A stretch of DNA of 64,000 nucleotides from Pyrinomonadaceae bacterium (GCA_036388475.1 DASVRT010000020.1:18412-82411); one strand, 5' to 3'; counted from the first letter of the stretch, positions 31,179-41,869 are shown. Notes: generated by a model not told the origin, from the sequence alone. Numbers and translations are program-made.

Positions 31179-32822
31179 ATGTTTGAACTTCCTATTATCG
31201 TAATCGCAGTCGTTGTCGCGGTGGTCGTCTGCCTGCTCATCGCGATGATGCTTTTAAGCAAAAACTACATCAAAGTTTCGCCCAATCAGGCGGCGGTTAT
31301 TTCCGGTCGCCGCCGCCGGCTGACGGACGGCTCGACCGTCGGCTACCGGCAGGTGCGCGGCGGCGCAACGCTCGTCATTCCGTTTCTGGAAAAGGTCGAA
31401 TTTCTCGATTTAAACGTCATCACCGTGCCGCTCGCCACATCGCGCGCCTACACTTCGCAAGGCGTTCCGGTTTCGGTCAAAGCCGTCGCCAACGTCAAAA
31501 TTAAGGGCGACGACGAATCTTTACGGGCGGCGGCGGAACGCTTTCTGGGAATGCCGAAAGACCAGTTTCACGGGCTGATTTTTCAGACGCTCGAAGGTCA
31601 CTTGCGGGCAATTCTCGGAACTCTGACCGTCGAAGAAATCAACAACGACCGCCAGAGCTTCGCGCAGAAACTGACTTCGGAAGCGGCGGGCGATTTGGAA
31701 AAAATGGGCATCGGGCTCGACGCGCTGACGATTCAGGAAATCTCCGACGACGAAGGTTATCTCGACGCGCTCGGCAAACGCCGGACGGCGGAAGTGAAGC
31801 GCGACGCCGAAATCGGGCAGGCGGAAGCCAATCGCGACTCGAAAATCAAAGCGTCTTTAGCCTTGCAGGAAGGCGAAAAAGTTCGATTGAATACCGAAGC
31901 GTTAATCGCGCAATCGAACCGCGAAACCGAGATTCAAAAAGCGCAGGTCTCGGCGGAAATCCAGAAAGAACGCGCCAAAGCCAATCAAGCCGGACCGCTC
32001 GCGGAAGCAAAAGCACAGCAAGAGGTCGTGGCGGAAGAAGTCCGCATCGAAAGAATTCGCACGCAGGAACAAATCGCTGTGCAGGAACAGGAAGTTCTGC
32101 GCAAGGAAAAAGAACTCGAAGCGACGGTTGTCAAACAAGCCGAAGCCGACCGGCGCGCCGCCGTTCTGCGCGCCCAGGGCGCACAGGAATCGGCGATTTT
32201 AGAAGCCGAAGGTCGCAAACAAGCGCAAATCGCGCAAGCCGAAGCCGAAGCGCAGAAATTGCAGAAAGAAGGTCAGGGACGAGCGTCGGCAATCGAAGCC
32301 GAAGGTCGCGCCGAAGCCGAAAAAATCCGCGCGCTCGGTTTAGCCGAAGCCGAAAAATTACAGGCGCAGGGTTTGGCACACGCGAAAGCCACCGAAGCGC
32401 AGGGTTTGGCGGAAGCGACCGCCATCAAGGAAAAAGCCGCCGCCTGGCGCGAATTTAACGACGCCGCGCGCCTTCAGACGATTCTCGAAAAACTGCCTTC
32501 GATTATCGAAGCGTCCGCGCCCGTCTTCCAGGCAGTCGCCGAGCCGCTCGGTAAAATCGACAAGATTGTGATGATTGACCAGGGCGGCAACGGCAATGGT
32601 AACGGAAACGGTTCGAGCGGAATCAATCGTTTCGCGCAAACCGCGCCGACGATGATTTTTTCCTTGCTGCAACAGCTTCAGGCGCTCGGTTTAAATGTGC
32701 CGGACGTGCTGGCGCAGCTCGGCGTCAACACGGACGGCAAATTGACGAACGGCGCGGAAAAAACCGAAATCAAAATTGTCGAAGAGATAAAATCGGTCGA
32801 AGACGGCAACGGCGCAAAGTAA
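31179..32822 (+). CDS. Flotillin-like SPFH/band-7 protein
   Basis: N-terminal TM, SPFH core, and a long Ala/Glu-rich coiled coil (AEAEAQKLQKEG...). Confidence 0.85.
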   Translation: MFELPIIVIAVVVAVVVCLLIAMMLLSKNYIKVSPNQAAVISGRRRRLTDGSTVGYRQVRGGATLVIPFLEKVEFLDLNVITVPLATSRAYTSQGVPVSVKAVANVKIKGDDESLRAAAERFLGMPKDQFHGLIFQTLEGHLRAILGTLTVEEINNDRQSFAQKLTSEAAGDLEKMGIGLDALTIQEISDDEGYLDALGKRRTAEVKRDAEIGQAEANRDSKIKASLALQEGEKVRLNTEALIAQSNRETEIQKAQVSAEIQKERAKANQAGPLAEAKAQQEVVAEEVRIERIRTQEQIAVQEQEVLRKEKELEATVVKQAEADRRAAVLRAQGAQESAILEAEGRKQAQIAQAEAEAQKLQKEGQGRASAIEAEGRAEAEKIRALGLAEAEKLQAQGLAHAKATEAQGLAEATAIKEKAAAWREFNDAARLQTILEKLPSIIEASAPVFQAVAEPLGKIDKIVMIDQGGNGNGNGNGSSGINRFAQTAPTMIFSLLQQLQALGLNVPDVLAQLGVNTDGKLTNGAEKTEIKIVEEIKSVEDGNGAK

Positions 32823-32919
32823 ATTAAATCGCACTCGATTCAACCTTTTCGCGGAATTTTGGCATCAAAGGCTTCGGTGATAAAATCTCACTGAAGCCTT
32901 TCTTATTCAGAGAAAATTT

Positions 32920-33639
32920 ATGCAAAAATTATTATCGGCATTTCTTTTCTTAATCTGTTCGTCTGTTTTTTGCCTCGCGCAGGATTCGCCGCCGAAACCG
33001 ACGGCGGTGCCCGGCACGGGAAACGGAAGCGGAAGGGGCGAGACCAACGTCTCGACGCCTTCCAAACCGGCGAATCTTAAAGGCATCGGCATAATTTCCA
33101 AGCCGCGCGCAAATTACACCGAAGCGGCAAAACTAAATGACGTCGAAGGCGTCGTGCGCGTTCGCATAGAATTTCTGGCTTCGGGCGAAATCGGCTCGGT
33201 AATTCCCCTTTCCGGTCTGGCTTACGGCTTGACCGAGCAGGCGTCGGCGGCGGCTCGTAAAATAAAATTCGCGCCGGCAACCAGAGACGGCGTACCTTAT
33301 TCGGTGGTGAAGATTGTCGAATACGATTTTTCGATTTATTACCGCGAAAACGACCCGGATTTGAAAAAAAATGCCGGGATTCTCAAAATGCCCGAACCGG
33401 AACACCCGCAGAAAAGCAACTTGAGAACCATCGGCGGAAAAGTTCAGGTGAGAGTCGTTTTCGAGACGAACGGAATTATCAGAGTCACAGAAGTTTCCGG
33501 CGATTTACCGAAGGATTTTCAGGATGCGGCGCGAAAAGCCGCGTCTCAGATAAAATTCGACCCCGCGGTTCACAAAAACGGAAGCGCCGTCGTTCAGTCA
33601 AAAGTAATCGAATATGAATTTAAACCGCAAAATGATTAG
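32920..33639 (+). CDS. Secreted protein with two TonB_C-like domains
   Basis: Signal peptide MQKLLSAFLFLICSSVFCLAQ, followed by two repeats of the pattern A.Y..AA....EG.V.V...F...G.I..V..... Confidence 0.5.
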   Translation: MQKLLSAFLFLICSSVFCLAQDSPPKPTAVPGTGNGSGRGETNVSTPSKPANLKGIGIISKPRANYTEAAKLNDVEGVVRVRIEFLASGEIGSVIPLSGLAYGLTEQASAAARKIKFAPATRDGVPYSVVKIVEYDFSIYYRENDPDLKKNAGILKMPEPEHPQKSNLRTIGGKVQVRVVFETNGIIRVTEVSGDLPKDFQDAARKAASQIKFDPAVHKNGSAVVQSKVIEYEFKPQND

Positions 33640-34423
33640 ACTTTCACAATTATTAACAGTTTTTGCCTTGTTATTCGGAACGGCGATTTCTTCTTTCGCG
33701 CAGACGAATAAACCGGACGAAAAAGCCGAGGCGATTCTGGCGAAAGCCGTCCAAAAGCTCGGCGGCGAAAAATATTTGCAGATAAAATCGGTTGTCGGCA
33801 GCGGAAATTTTTCGATTTACCGCGACGGTCAATCGCAAATCACGCAGAGCTTTATCGACATTATCGTTTTTCCCGACCGCGAGCGCACCGAATTTAAAAC
33901 CGGCGGCACGCGCAACATTCAAACCAACGTCGGCGACACCGGCTGGCTCGCCGACACTGCCGCCAAAGTCATCAAGGAACAGGACAAAGACCAGATTGAA
34001 GGCTTTAAACGCAGTATGCGCACGAGCCTGGACAATCTTCTGCGCGGCAACTGGCGCCAGAACGCGGCGCTCGGCTTTGTCGGGCGGCGCGAGGCAAGTT
34101 TGGGCAAAAGAAACAACGTCGTGAGATTGACTTACGCTGACGGTTTCGTCGTCGAATTCGAATTTTCCGACGAAGGCTTGCCGATGAAATCCATCTACAA
34201 ACGCACGAACGGCGAAGGCGCGGAAGTCAAGGAAGAAGACCGTTACGCGCAGTTTCTCGACGTCAACGGCATTTTCGCGCCGTTTATCATCGACCATTTC
34301 CAAAACGGCGCGCAGACCTCGCGCATCAATTATCTGAAAATCGAATACAACAAACCCATTCCCGATTCGGTCTTCAACAAACCGGCGGACGCCAAAGAAT
34401 TGAAGAAAGATTTAAAACTCTAG
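33632..34423 (+). CDS. Hypothetical secreted protein (LolA-like fold is possible)
   Basis: Start at the ATG at 33632 gives MIRLSQLLTVFALLFGTAISSFAQ. The ORF-track start at 33614 overlaps the upstream gene. Confidence 0.45.
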   Translation: MIRLSQLLTVFALLFGTAISSFAQTNKPDEKAEAILAKAVQKLGGEKYLQIKSVVGSGNFSIYRDGQSQITQSFIDIIVFPDRERTEFKTGGTRNIQTNVGDTGWLADTAAKVIKEQDKDQIEGFKRSMRTSLDNLLRGNWRQNAALGFVGRREASLGKRNNVVRLTYADGFVVEFEFSDEGLPMKSIYKRTNGEGAEVKEEDRYAQFLDVNGIFAPFIIDHFQNGAQTSRINYLKIEYNKPIPDSVFNKPADAKELKKDLKL

Positions 34424-34430
34424 AAAAAAT

Positions 34431-34490
34431 GATGAACGCGGAACGCGGAATTGCAGTTTTTGCGTATCGAATTCCGCGTTCCGCGTTCCG
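34431..34490. terminator. Bidirectional hairpin built from tandem GAACGCG heptamers (family C)
   Basis: GATGAACGCGGAACGCGGAATT - loop - AATTCCGCGTTCCGCGTTCATC, between convergent stops. Confidence 0.6.
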
Positions 34491-34508
34491 CGTTCATCGT
34501 TCTCCGCT

Positions 34509-35267
34509 TTAGGCTTTATCGTATTTCGCCTTTCCCTGATTGGCGACGGCTTCCTGCGCCGCTCGAATCGCTTCCTGGTCGCCGAGATAATAACTGTTAA
34601 CCGGCTTGAAATTCTCGTCAAATTCAAAGACGAGCGGAATGCCGGTCGGAATATTGTGTTGGACAATATCTTCGTCGGAAATCGCGTTGAGATATTTCAC
34701 CAGCGCGCGCAGGGAGTTGCCGTGCGCGGCGATAATCAGGCGGCGTCCGGCTTGAACTTTCGGCAGAATCTCGGTTTGAAAATACGGCACGACGCGCTCG
34801 ACGGTTTGTTTCAAAGCTTCGGCTTTCGGGAATTTTCCCGCTTCGATTCCCAAATATCGCGGGTCTTTGCCGAGCCATCGCTCGTCGGTTTCGAGCAGTT
34901 CGGTCGGCAGAACGTCGTAGCTTCGCCGCCAGATTAAAACCTGTTCCTCGCCGTATTGCGCGGCGGTTTCGGTTTTGTTCAAGCCTTGCAGCCCGCCGTA
35001 ATGTCGCTCGTTCAGAAGCCACGATTTCGTCTCCGGAATCCACATCAAATCCATCTCGTCCAGAATAATCCAGAGCGTTCGTATCGCGCGTTTCAACACT
35101 GAAGTGTAAGCTTCGTCAAAAGTAAAACCTTCGGCTTTCAGCAGCTGTCCCGCCGCTTTCGCTTCTTCCCTGCCCTTTTCCGAAAGGTCGACGTCTTTCC
35201 AGCCCGTAAAACGGTTTTCCTTGTTCCATTGGCTCTCGCCGTGTCTGATTAAAACCAATTTATGCAT
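34509..35267 (-). CDS. gpmA: 2,3-bisphosphoglycerate-dependent phosphoglycerate mutase
   Basis: [20 protein letters not shown] is the catalytic-His motif. Confidence 0.9.
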   Translation of the reverse strand: MHKLVLIRHGESQWNKENRFTGWKDVDLSEKGREEAKAAGQLLKAEGFTFDEAYTSVLKRAIRTLWIILDEMDLMWIPETKSWLLNERHYGGLQGLNKTETAAQYGEEQVLIWRRSYDVLPTELLETDERWLGKDPRYLGIEAGKFPKAEALKQTVERVVPYFQTEILPKVQAGRRLIIAAHGNSLRALVKYLNAISDEDIVQHNIPTGIPLVFEFDENFKPVNSYYLGDQEAIRAAQEAVANQGKAKYDKA

Positions 35268-35325
35268 AATTTTAAAAGTTTAATTTTAGTCTGAACGACA
35301 ATTTTAACAGACCGTTGCGCCAAAA

Positions 35326-35363
35326 TAAAAAACAGTTTGACGCGTCAAACTGTTTTGATTTTT
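35326..35363. terminator. Palindromic terminator
   Basis: AAAAAACAGTTTGACGCGTCAAACTGTTTTGATTTTTT. Confidence 0.6.
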
Positions 35364-35388
35364 TCGTTATTCATTTTCCGCTTGTTTA

Positions 35389-36132
35389 TTATTGCGCTGC
35401 CGCTTGCGCCGCTGCGCCTTTCCAATTCTCGAAAAATACGTCAACGTCAATCCAACCCATTATGTCGGACGAATTTCGTTTTTTTCTTTTGATGGCGTCG
35501 TATCCGACGGAAGGTCCGCCCTGTCCGGAATCGGCGGTCGTCATCGATTCCCCGTTCATCGCTATGATGATGCCGACGTGCTGATACATACCGCCGCGTT
35601 TTCCTATCTGGAAAAAATCGCCGGGCTTGGGAGATTTGCCGGGCGTCGGATACCAATTCCAGGCGGTTCCGCCGGCATTGGGCAAATCGAAGGAGTGAAA
35701 ATATCTTTTGGCTAATCCGCCTTCGGCTAACGCTTTTCTGACGACGACGCCTAAAAAGGCGTTGCAGGTGGTCGTCGTTCCGACCGATTTGACCATCGAA
35801 GACAGATTAAAATCAATCGTGCCGCTCATCAGTTGCGCGCTTTCCGCGTATTCTTTCCGGCGATATTCAATCATATATTTCGCTCTGTCCATTATCGCCC
35901 GCGCCCTTTGCTGATACTTGATCACGCTTAAATCTTCGCCCTTTCCGGCAGCTATATGGTTGATAGCTCTCTGCGTATCTTCCTGAATCCAAATCGACTC
36001 CAAGCTCGACTGATTCATACCCGTCCACTCCTGAAATAATACTCCGTTCGTATCCGAACGAATCTCCGATGATTCGCCCGGCAACAGGTTAGTCACTTTG
36101 TTGATAATCCATTCTCTGACGTTTTCACTCAT
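35389..36132 (-). CDS. Papain-fold (NlpC/P60- or CHAP-like) Cys/His amidase-domain protein with no signal peptide
   Basis: TTTCNAFLGVV (Cys) ... YQHVGIIIAMNG (His); the N-terminus is hydrophilic. Confidence 0.45.
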   Translation of the reverse strand: MSENVREWIINKVTNLLPGESSEIRSDTNGVLFQEWTGMNQSSLESIWIQEDTQRAINHIAAGKGEDLSVIKYQQRARAIMDRAKYMIEYRRKEYAESAQLMSGTIDFNLSSMVKSVGTTTTCNAFLGVVVRKALAEGGLAKRYFHSFDLPNAGGTAWNWYPTPGKSPKPGDFFQIGKRGGMYQHVGIIIAMNGESMTTADSGQGGPSVGYDAIKRKKRNSSDIMGWIDVDVFFENWKGAAAQAAAQ

Positions 36133-36215
36133 ATTTCTTAAACCTTTTATTAAATTATTAAAATCTCGTTCGATAGTCGGACGGTTTTATCTCAAGCTTT
36201 TTGCGCTGCGCCGGA

Positions 36216-36303
36216 AAAGAACAGCCGCGAAACTACAGGAAAGAACGCGAAAGGAAATAAATAATTTTCGCGTTCTTTCGCGTAGTTTCGCGGCTGTTCT
36301 TGT
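36216..36303. terminator. Long hairpin (arms ~36 bp) related to family C
   Basis: AAAGAACAGCCGCGAAACTACAGGAAAGAACGCGAAA pairs with TTTCGCGTTCTTTCGCGTAGTTTCGCGGCTGTTCTTG. Confidence 0.5.
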
Positions 36304-36322
36304 TTAGCGTCTCAACTCAGGC

Positions 36323-36886
36323 TTAAATCACCCATTCGTCGTGAACGACGGCAAGCAGATACCACTGCGCGCCGCTTTTTTCGAAAACCAGGTAGAGCGT
36401 GCTCCAGCCCATCACGTCGCCGTCCTTGCTTTCCGGAAAGTTGTAGCCGACAAATTTCGCCTTCGGGTAAGTTTCCCTGACATTGAAAACGCCGTTTCCG
36501 TAGCCAATCTGTTTGTCGTAGGAAACGCCCGGCGCGCGCACGTAATTGCGGTCATAGATGAATTTTTTGTAATACTCCGGAAAACCAACGTTTATCGGGT
36601 CGCCGGAACCGTCGAACGCGCCCCAGACATAAGTTCGCCGAAGCAGGAAAAGGCTCGGAACCTGAGCTTTTTTGAAAACCAAATCCGATTTTTCCAGATA
36701 ACCGTAAGGCGCGATACGCAAACCTTTAGTCGGATGCACGAAACGGGCGACCGTTTTCAGGTCTTTGTTTTTCAGCGCCGCGACGATTTTATTCGCCGCC
36801 GCCATAACTTCTTTTTTCTGCGCCTGAGCGTTGACCGAAGCGAATAAAATTAATGCCAAAAGCGACCATAAAACTTTTCTTTTCAT
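36323..36886 (-). CDS. Hypothetical secreted protein
   Basis: Signal peptide MKRKVLWSLLALILFASVNAQA; no recognised domain. Confidence 0.5.
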   Translation of the reverse strand: MKRKVLWSLLALILFASVNAQAQKKEVMAAANKIVAALKNKDLKTVARFVHPTKGLRIAPYGYLEKSDLVFKKAQVPSLFLLRRTYVWGAFDGSGDPINVGFPEYYKKFIYDRNYVRAPGVSYDKQIGYGNGVFNVRETYPKAKFVGYNFPESKDGDVMGWSTLYLVFEKSGAQWYLLAVVHDEWVI

Positions 36887-36919
36887 AAAACGTCTCCTCT
36901 CTGAAAGCGAAAAAAGCTT

Positions 36920-38230
36920 TCACCTTTCCAGAACGCTTTCACTTAAAGCTTTTTGCGCTTCGCCGACCAGATAAAGCGAGCCGGTGACGCAGATTAGATT
37001 GCTGCGCGAAACCTGGCGAGCAATTTTTAACGCTTCCGCCGCGGTCTGCGTCTGAAAAACTTTTCTCTCGTCAAAATTTTCGGGCAAAGATTTTATCAAT
37101 TCTTCCGTTTCCGCCGCGCGCGGATTGTCGGGTTTGGTCAAAATCAGGCGCGCGGCTTTCGGAAAAAGAATCTGCGCGATTTCCGGCAAATTCTTGTCGC
37201 GCATCGCGCCGAAAACGAGCGTCAGAGGCTGTCCGACAAATTCGTCGAGATAATCGGCTAAAGCTCGCGCGCCCGCGACGTTATGCGCGCCGTCGAATAA
37301 AATTTTCCCGTCAAATTCGAGCCGACCGCGATGCTCCGCCGTTTGCAATCCGTCGATAATCGAGCTTTGCGAAATATCGAATTGAAAATCCCTGAGCGTT
37401 TCGGCGACGGCGATGGCGACGGCGGCATTGGCGAATTGATGTCTTCCCAATAAACTCGGCAAAACATTCGGATAGCTGTCGTTTGAAGTTTTAAAAGTCG
37501 CATAAAGCATCGGAGCAATTTCGGCGTCTTTCCTGATAACAAAATTCGAAGTCGCGCGCATCGGCTCGATACCGATTTCCCGGCATCTTCCTGAAATTAC
37601 TTTTTCAGCTTCTTTTTTCTGCGGCGCGACGATAACTTTTTGCGTAGTTTCGCGAATAATCGCCGCTTTCTCCGCCGCGATTTCCGCCAGCGTGTCGCCC
37701 AGAATTTTCTGATGGTCGTAATCAATCGGCGTAATTGCGGCGATTTCCGCGCGTGTCGCCGTGACCGAATCGAAACGCCCGCCCAAACCCGTTTCCAGAA
37801 TCGCCAATTCGATTTTCGCTTCGGCAAAAGCCGCGACGGCAATCGCCGTCACCTGCTCGAAAAACGTCGGCACGCTTTCAAGCTCGCCTTTCTCGACCAG
37901 ATTTTCGGAAATTTTTCTGACGCGCGCCGCGTGGCGGGCAAAATCTTTTTCGCTGATTTCCGCGCCGTTAATCCGGATTCTTTCGGTGATTGAGACGAGA
38001 TGCGGCGACGTGTAAAGCCCGGTTTCTATATTGGCGCGGCGGCAAATCGAATCTAAAAACGCGCCGGTCGAGCCTTTGCCGTTGGTTCCGGCAATCTGGA
38101 TTTTCAGGAAATTATTTTGCGGATTTCCGAGCGCGGCGAGCAGTTTTTCGGTCGAAGCTAAACCGAGCTTCATCGCCAGAACTTCGTTTCCGAGCGAGAG
38201 AAGATACGATAAGGATTCGGCAAAATTCAC
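36920..38230 (-). CDS. folC: Dihydrofolate synthase / folylpolyglutamate synthase
   Basis: Mur-ligase family; GTNGKGST P-loop. Confidence 0.85.
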   Translation of the reverse strand: MNFAESLSYLLSLGNEVLAMKLGLASTEKLLAALGNPQNNFLKIQIAGTNGKGSTGAFLDSICRRANIETGLYTSPHLVSITERIRINGAEISEKDFARHAARVRKISENLVEKGELESVPTFFEQVTAIAVAAFAEAKIELAILETGLGGRFDSVTATRAEIAAITPIDYDHQKILGDTLAEIAAEKAAIIRETTQKVIVAPQKKEAEKVISGRCREIGIEPMRATSNFVIRKDAEIAPMLYATFKTSNDSYPNVLPSLLGRHQFANAAVAIAVAETLRDFQFDISQSSIIDGLQTAEHRGRLEFDGKILFDGAHNVAGARALADYLDEFVGQPLTLVFGAMRDKNLPEIAQILFPKAARLILTKPDNPRAAETEELIKSLPENFDERKVFQTQTAAEALKIARQVSRSNLICVTGSLYLVGEAQKALSESVLER

Positions 38231-38673
38231 TTTTCAATCAGGCGTCGATGATAATTGATTTGTCCGAGATGATAACTAAAATGCGTCAGCAGATGAATCA
38301 GCATAAAATCGGTTTTGACCGTTTTATCGTGCTTTTCGACGGGAAAATTTTCTTCAAAGCGCTCGTCCGGCAAGTTACGCAAAGTTTCCAGAACAGCCGT
38401 TTTGGTTTTCTCGACGCTCGCCAGCAAATCCTGACGCGAAACGCCCGTCGAGCTGAATTCGCTGTCGCGGTTTCTGACGTAGCCGGTTTTGCCGAGCGTC
38501 GCGCCGACGAAATGATTCAAATTTCCGAGCAGATGCAGGCACAGATTTCCGGCTGAATTGCTGATTCCGCCGCCGACCGACCAGAGCATATTTTCGTCGG
38601 CGTAGCGATTGATTTCGCTCGCCAGCTTGTCCATCTCTCTTTCAAATAATTCGAGCAGGGTTTCTTGTAACAT
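38227..38673 (-). CDS. DinB/YfiT-like four-helix-bundle protein
   Basis: 148 aa; His-rich motifs LHLLGNLNHF and HLLTHFSYHLGQ. Overlaps the folC start by 4 nt. Confidence 0.55.
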   Translation of the reverse strand: MLQETLLELFEREMDKLASEINRYADENMLWSVGGGISNSAGNLCLHLLGNLNHFVGATLGKTGYVRNRDSEFSSTGVSRQDLLASVEKTKTAVLETLRNLPDERFEENFPVEKHDKTVKTDFMLIHLLTHFSYHLGQINYHRRLIEK

Positions 38674-38705
38674 ACGGATAAAAAGAATTTTTATCTTAAA
38701 AATAT

Positions 38706-39629
38706 TTACGGTTTGCTTTGCGGCGCGGCGAAAAAATCTTCTTTCGGCTTGATTTTCGCGTTCATCATAAAATTCAGCAGGCGAATAATCGCGGCGCGCA
38801 GCGCGCGCCTGTCGACGACCATATCGACCATTCCGTGTTCGAGCAGAAACTCGCTTCTTTGAAAGCCTTTCGGCAATTTTTGGCGAATCGTCTGTTCAAT
38901 CACGCGCGGTCCGGCAAAACCGATAAGCGCTTTCGGCTCGGCGATAATGATGTCGCCGAGCATCGCGAAGCTCGCCGTCACGCCGCCGGTCGTCGGGTCG
39001 GTCAAAACGGAAATAAACGGCAGTTGCGCGTCGTGCATCTGCGAAAGCGCGGCGGAAATTTTCGCCATCTGCATCAGGCTCAAAGTTCCTTCCTGCATTC
39101 GCGCGCCGCCCGACGCCGAAAAGATTATCACCGCGCCGCGCGTTTTTATCGCGCGCTCAATCAGCCGCGTGATTTTTTCGCCGACCGCCGAACCCATCGA
39201 GCCGCCGATAAAGCTCATATCCATCGCGCCGGCGTAAACCGCGTGACCGCCGACTTTGCCTTTGCCCGAAACGATGGCTTCCGGCAAACCCGAAGCGGCT
39301 TTCGCGGCTTCGAGACGGTCTTTATACGGCTTGGTATCGACAAATTCGAGCGGGTCGGTCGAAGTTACGTCTTCGTCCAGCTTTTCATATTGCCCGTCGT
39401 CGAAAAGACTTTTGAGCCGCTCGCGCGCGCCGAGCCGAAAATGATAACCGCATTCCTTGCAAACCTGCTGCGCTTCTTCCAGCTCGCCTTTATAGAGCGC
39501 CGTGTCGCATTCGAGGCATTTGACAAAGATACCCTCGGTTTTCACCTTGCGGTCTTCATCGGCGGTTTGCTCTTCTAATTTCGGTTTTTTTCGACTAAAC
39601 CAGGACATATAAATTGATGCAAGACTCAA
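38706..39629 (-). CDS. accD: Acetyl-CoA carboxylase carboxyltransferase beta subunit
   Basis: N-terminal C4 zinc ribbon CLECDTALY...CKECGYH plus a carboxyltransferase domain. accD-folC synteny. Confidence 0.9.
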   Translation of the reverse strand: MSLASIYMSWFSRKKPKLEEQTADEDRKVKTEGIFVKCLECDTALYKGELEEAQQVCKECGYHFRLGARERLKSLFDDGQYEKLDEDVTSTDPLEFVDTKPYKDRLEAAKAASGLPEAIVSGKGKVGGHAVYAGAMDMSFIGGSMGSAVGEKITRLIERAIKTRGAVIIFSASGGARMQEGTLSLMQMAKISAALSQMHDAQLPFISVLTDPTTGGVTASFAMLGDIIIAEPKALIGFAGPRVIEQTIRQKLPKGFQRSEFLLEHGMVDMVVDRRALRAAIIRLLNFMMNAKIKPKEDFFAAPQSKP

Positions 39630-39811
39630 AATGCAAAACGCAAAATGAACAAGACTATTTTATTTTAAATTTTGCATTGCACAAGATTATCACACGCCGA
39701 AACTTATCAGAAAGCCGGAAAAGGGTTTATCGCTGATTTATAATTGTCGAAGAAACGTTTTTTGTGCTAAATTCAGCCAGGTTCCCAATATCTCGAAAGA
39801 AGGCTCCTTTT

Positions 39812-41698
39812 ATGAAAAAATATTTTTTTTTAATCGTTTTACTTCTCTGCGTTTTTTCCGTTGACGGTTTTTCCGCCGTGAAAACGTGGGACGGCGGCGG
39901 GGCGGACGCCAACTGGCAGACGGCGGCAAACTGGGTCGGCGACGTTGCGCCCGCCGCTAATGACGACCTCGTTTTTCCGGCGACGGCGGCGCAGCAGGCG
40001 ACCAACAACAATTTCTTTTTCTTTACCGCTTTTAACTCGCTGACGTTTGAAGGCGGCGCGTATACGGTCGGCGGCAACCCGATGACCTTGCGCGGTTTGA
40101 ACGCCGTCGCCGGAACGCACGCTATAAATACGGCTGTCAGCGTCAGCGGCGCGCAGACTTTTAACGCCGGACAGGCGGCGGTCGTGACGATTGCGATTTT
40201 GAACGTCGGCGGCAATCCGCTGACGCTGGACGGCGCGGGCAGTTTCGGCATCGGGCTGCTTTCCGGCTCGGGCGCGATTACCAAAAACGGAATCGGCGCG
40301 TCTCTGATTGCCGGCGCGAGCGGTTACAGCGGCGCGCTGAACATCAACGACGGAATTCTGGTCGTCGATGCGAATTTGCCGAACAGCGTGGTCACGATAA
40401 ATTCCAGTTCGACCGGCGGCGCTTTCGGCATCAGCGGTCTGGGCGGGACGGGCACGGTCGGCGCAACGACGGTGACGAACGGCGGCATCAGCGCCGGAAC
40501 GCTCGACTCGCCGACGGGAATTTTGAATATCAACGGCAATTTAAATTTCGCTCCGACCGGAAATTTCGTGGTGAAAATCGGCGGCACGACGCCGGGCGCG
40601 AACGGGCACGACCAGTTAAACGTCAGCGGAACCGTCACGTTAAATAACGCGCGGCTCGCGCCTTTGCCGTGGAACGCTTTTCGTCCGGCAATCAATGATT
40701 CGTTCGTGATTTTGCGCAACGACGGCACGGACGCGATAAACGGCACGTTTCTGAACGCGCCGGAAGGCGCGGTTTTCGGCGGCGCGCTCAACACGGCTTT
40801 CCGCATCACTTATCACGGCGGCGACGGCAACGACATCGTTATCACGCGCGTCAACAAAGCCAATTTCGATTTCGACGGCGACGGGAAATCGGACGTTTCG
40901 GTTTATCGACCTTCAAACGGCACGTGGTACGCGCTTTTGAGCGGCAGCGGCGCGCTGTTCGGTCAACAGTTCGGCATCAGCACCGACCAGCCCGCGCCCG
41001 CCGATTTTGACGGCGACGACAAAACCGACACGGCGGTTTTTCGTCCCGCGGACGGCTACTGGTTTATTTTGCGAAGCTTTGACTCGACTTTCACCGCCAC
41101 GCAGTTCGGCGCGAGCGGCGATTACGCCGTGCCGAACGATTACGACGGCGACGGGCGCGCCGATGTCGCGGTTTTTCGCCCGTCCGATGGCGGCTGGTAT
41201 CAATTGAGAAGCCTGACCAGTCAATTTGTCGCGCAGCAATTCGGCAACAGCCAGGACAAGCCCGCCATCGGGGATTTCGACGGCGACGGCATCGGCGATT
41301 TAGCCGTTTTCCGCAGCGACGGAAACTGGTATATTCTGCGCAGCTCGGACGGCGGTTTTTACGGCGTGAATTTCGGTTTCGGGACGGATAAAATTTGTCC
41401 CGCCGATTACGACGGCGACGGCAGAACCGACATCGCCGTTTTTCGCGGCTCGAACAATCCGTCCGAAGCCGATTTTTATTATCTGCGCAGCGTTGACGGC
41501 GGTTTTCAAGCCGCGGCTTTCGGCGCGGTCGGCGACGTTCCGGTCGTGGCTGATTACGACGGCGACGGCAAAGCCGATTTCTCAGTTTTCCGTCCGGGCG
41601 AAAACGCGTGGTATTTACTGCGCAGCACCGCCGGATTCACCGGCGTCGTCTTCGGACAAACGGGTGACAAGCCCATTCCCGCTGCTTTCTTTCCTTAG
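39812..41698 (+). CDS. Secreted protein with autotransporter-associated beta-strand (PATR-like) repeats and about 7 FG-GAP/VCBS-like repeats
   Basis: Start at the ATG at 39812 gives MKKYFFLIVLLLCVFSVDGFSA. Repeats of D(F/Y)DGDG(K/R)(S/T/A)D.(A/S)VFRP..G.WY. Confidence 0.7.
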   Translation: MKKYFFLIVLLLCVFSVDGFSAVKTWDGGGADANWQTAANWVGDVAPAANDDLVFPATAAQQATNNNFFFFTAFNSLTFEGGAYTVGGNPMTLRGLNAVAGTHAINTAVSVSGAQTFNAGQAAVVTIAILNVGGNPLTLDGAGSFGIGLLSGSGAITKNGIGASLIAGASGYSGALNINDGILVVDANLPNSVVTINSSSTGGAFGISGLGGTGTVGATTVTNGGISAGTLDSPTGILNINGNLNFAPTGNFVVKIGGTTPGANGHDQLNVSGTVTLNNARLAPLPWNAFRPAINDSFVILRNDGTDAINGTFLNAPEGAVFGGALNTAFRITYHGGDGNDIVITRVNKANFDFDGDGKSDVSVYRPSNGTWYALLSGSGALFGQQFGISTDQPAPADFDGDDKTDTAVFRPADGYWFILRSFDSTFTATQFGASGDYAVPNDYDGDGRADVAVFRPSDGGWYQLRSLTSQFVAQQFGNSQDKPAIGDFDGDGIGDLAVFRSDGNWYILRSSDGGFYGVNFGFGTDKICPADYDGDGRTDIAVFRGSNNPSEADFYYLRSVDGGFQAAAFGAVGDVPVVADYDGDGKADFSVFRPGENAWYLLRSTAGFTGVVFGQTGDKPIPAAFFP

Positions 41699-41869
41699 AT
41701 AAAAACGCGGAAACCTCACGTTTCCGTGCCGGTTGTACGCCTTCAGGCGCGCGTGAACCGACAGGAGGCGTGCGAAGAGCGCGCCGATTCGATTCCGATG
41801 CTTTTTTTGCCGGCTATATCTGTCCGCCGGCTTCCGCCTTTTTGCCTTTCCGAGAAATTTCCATTTACC

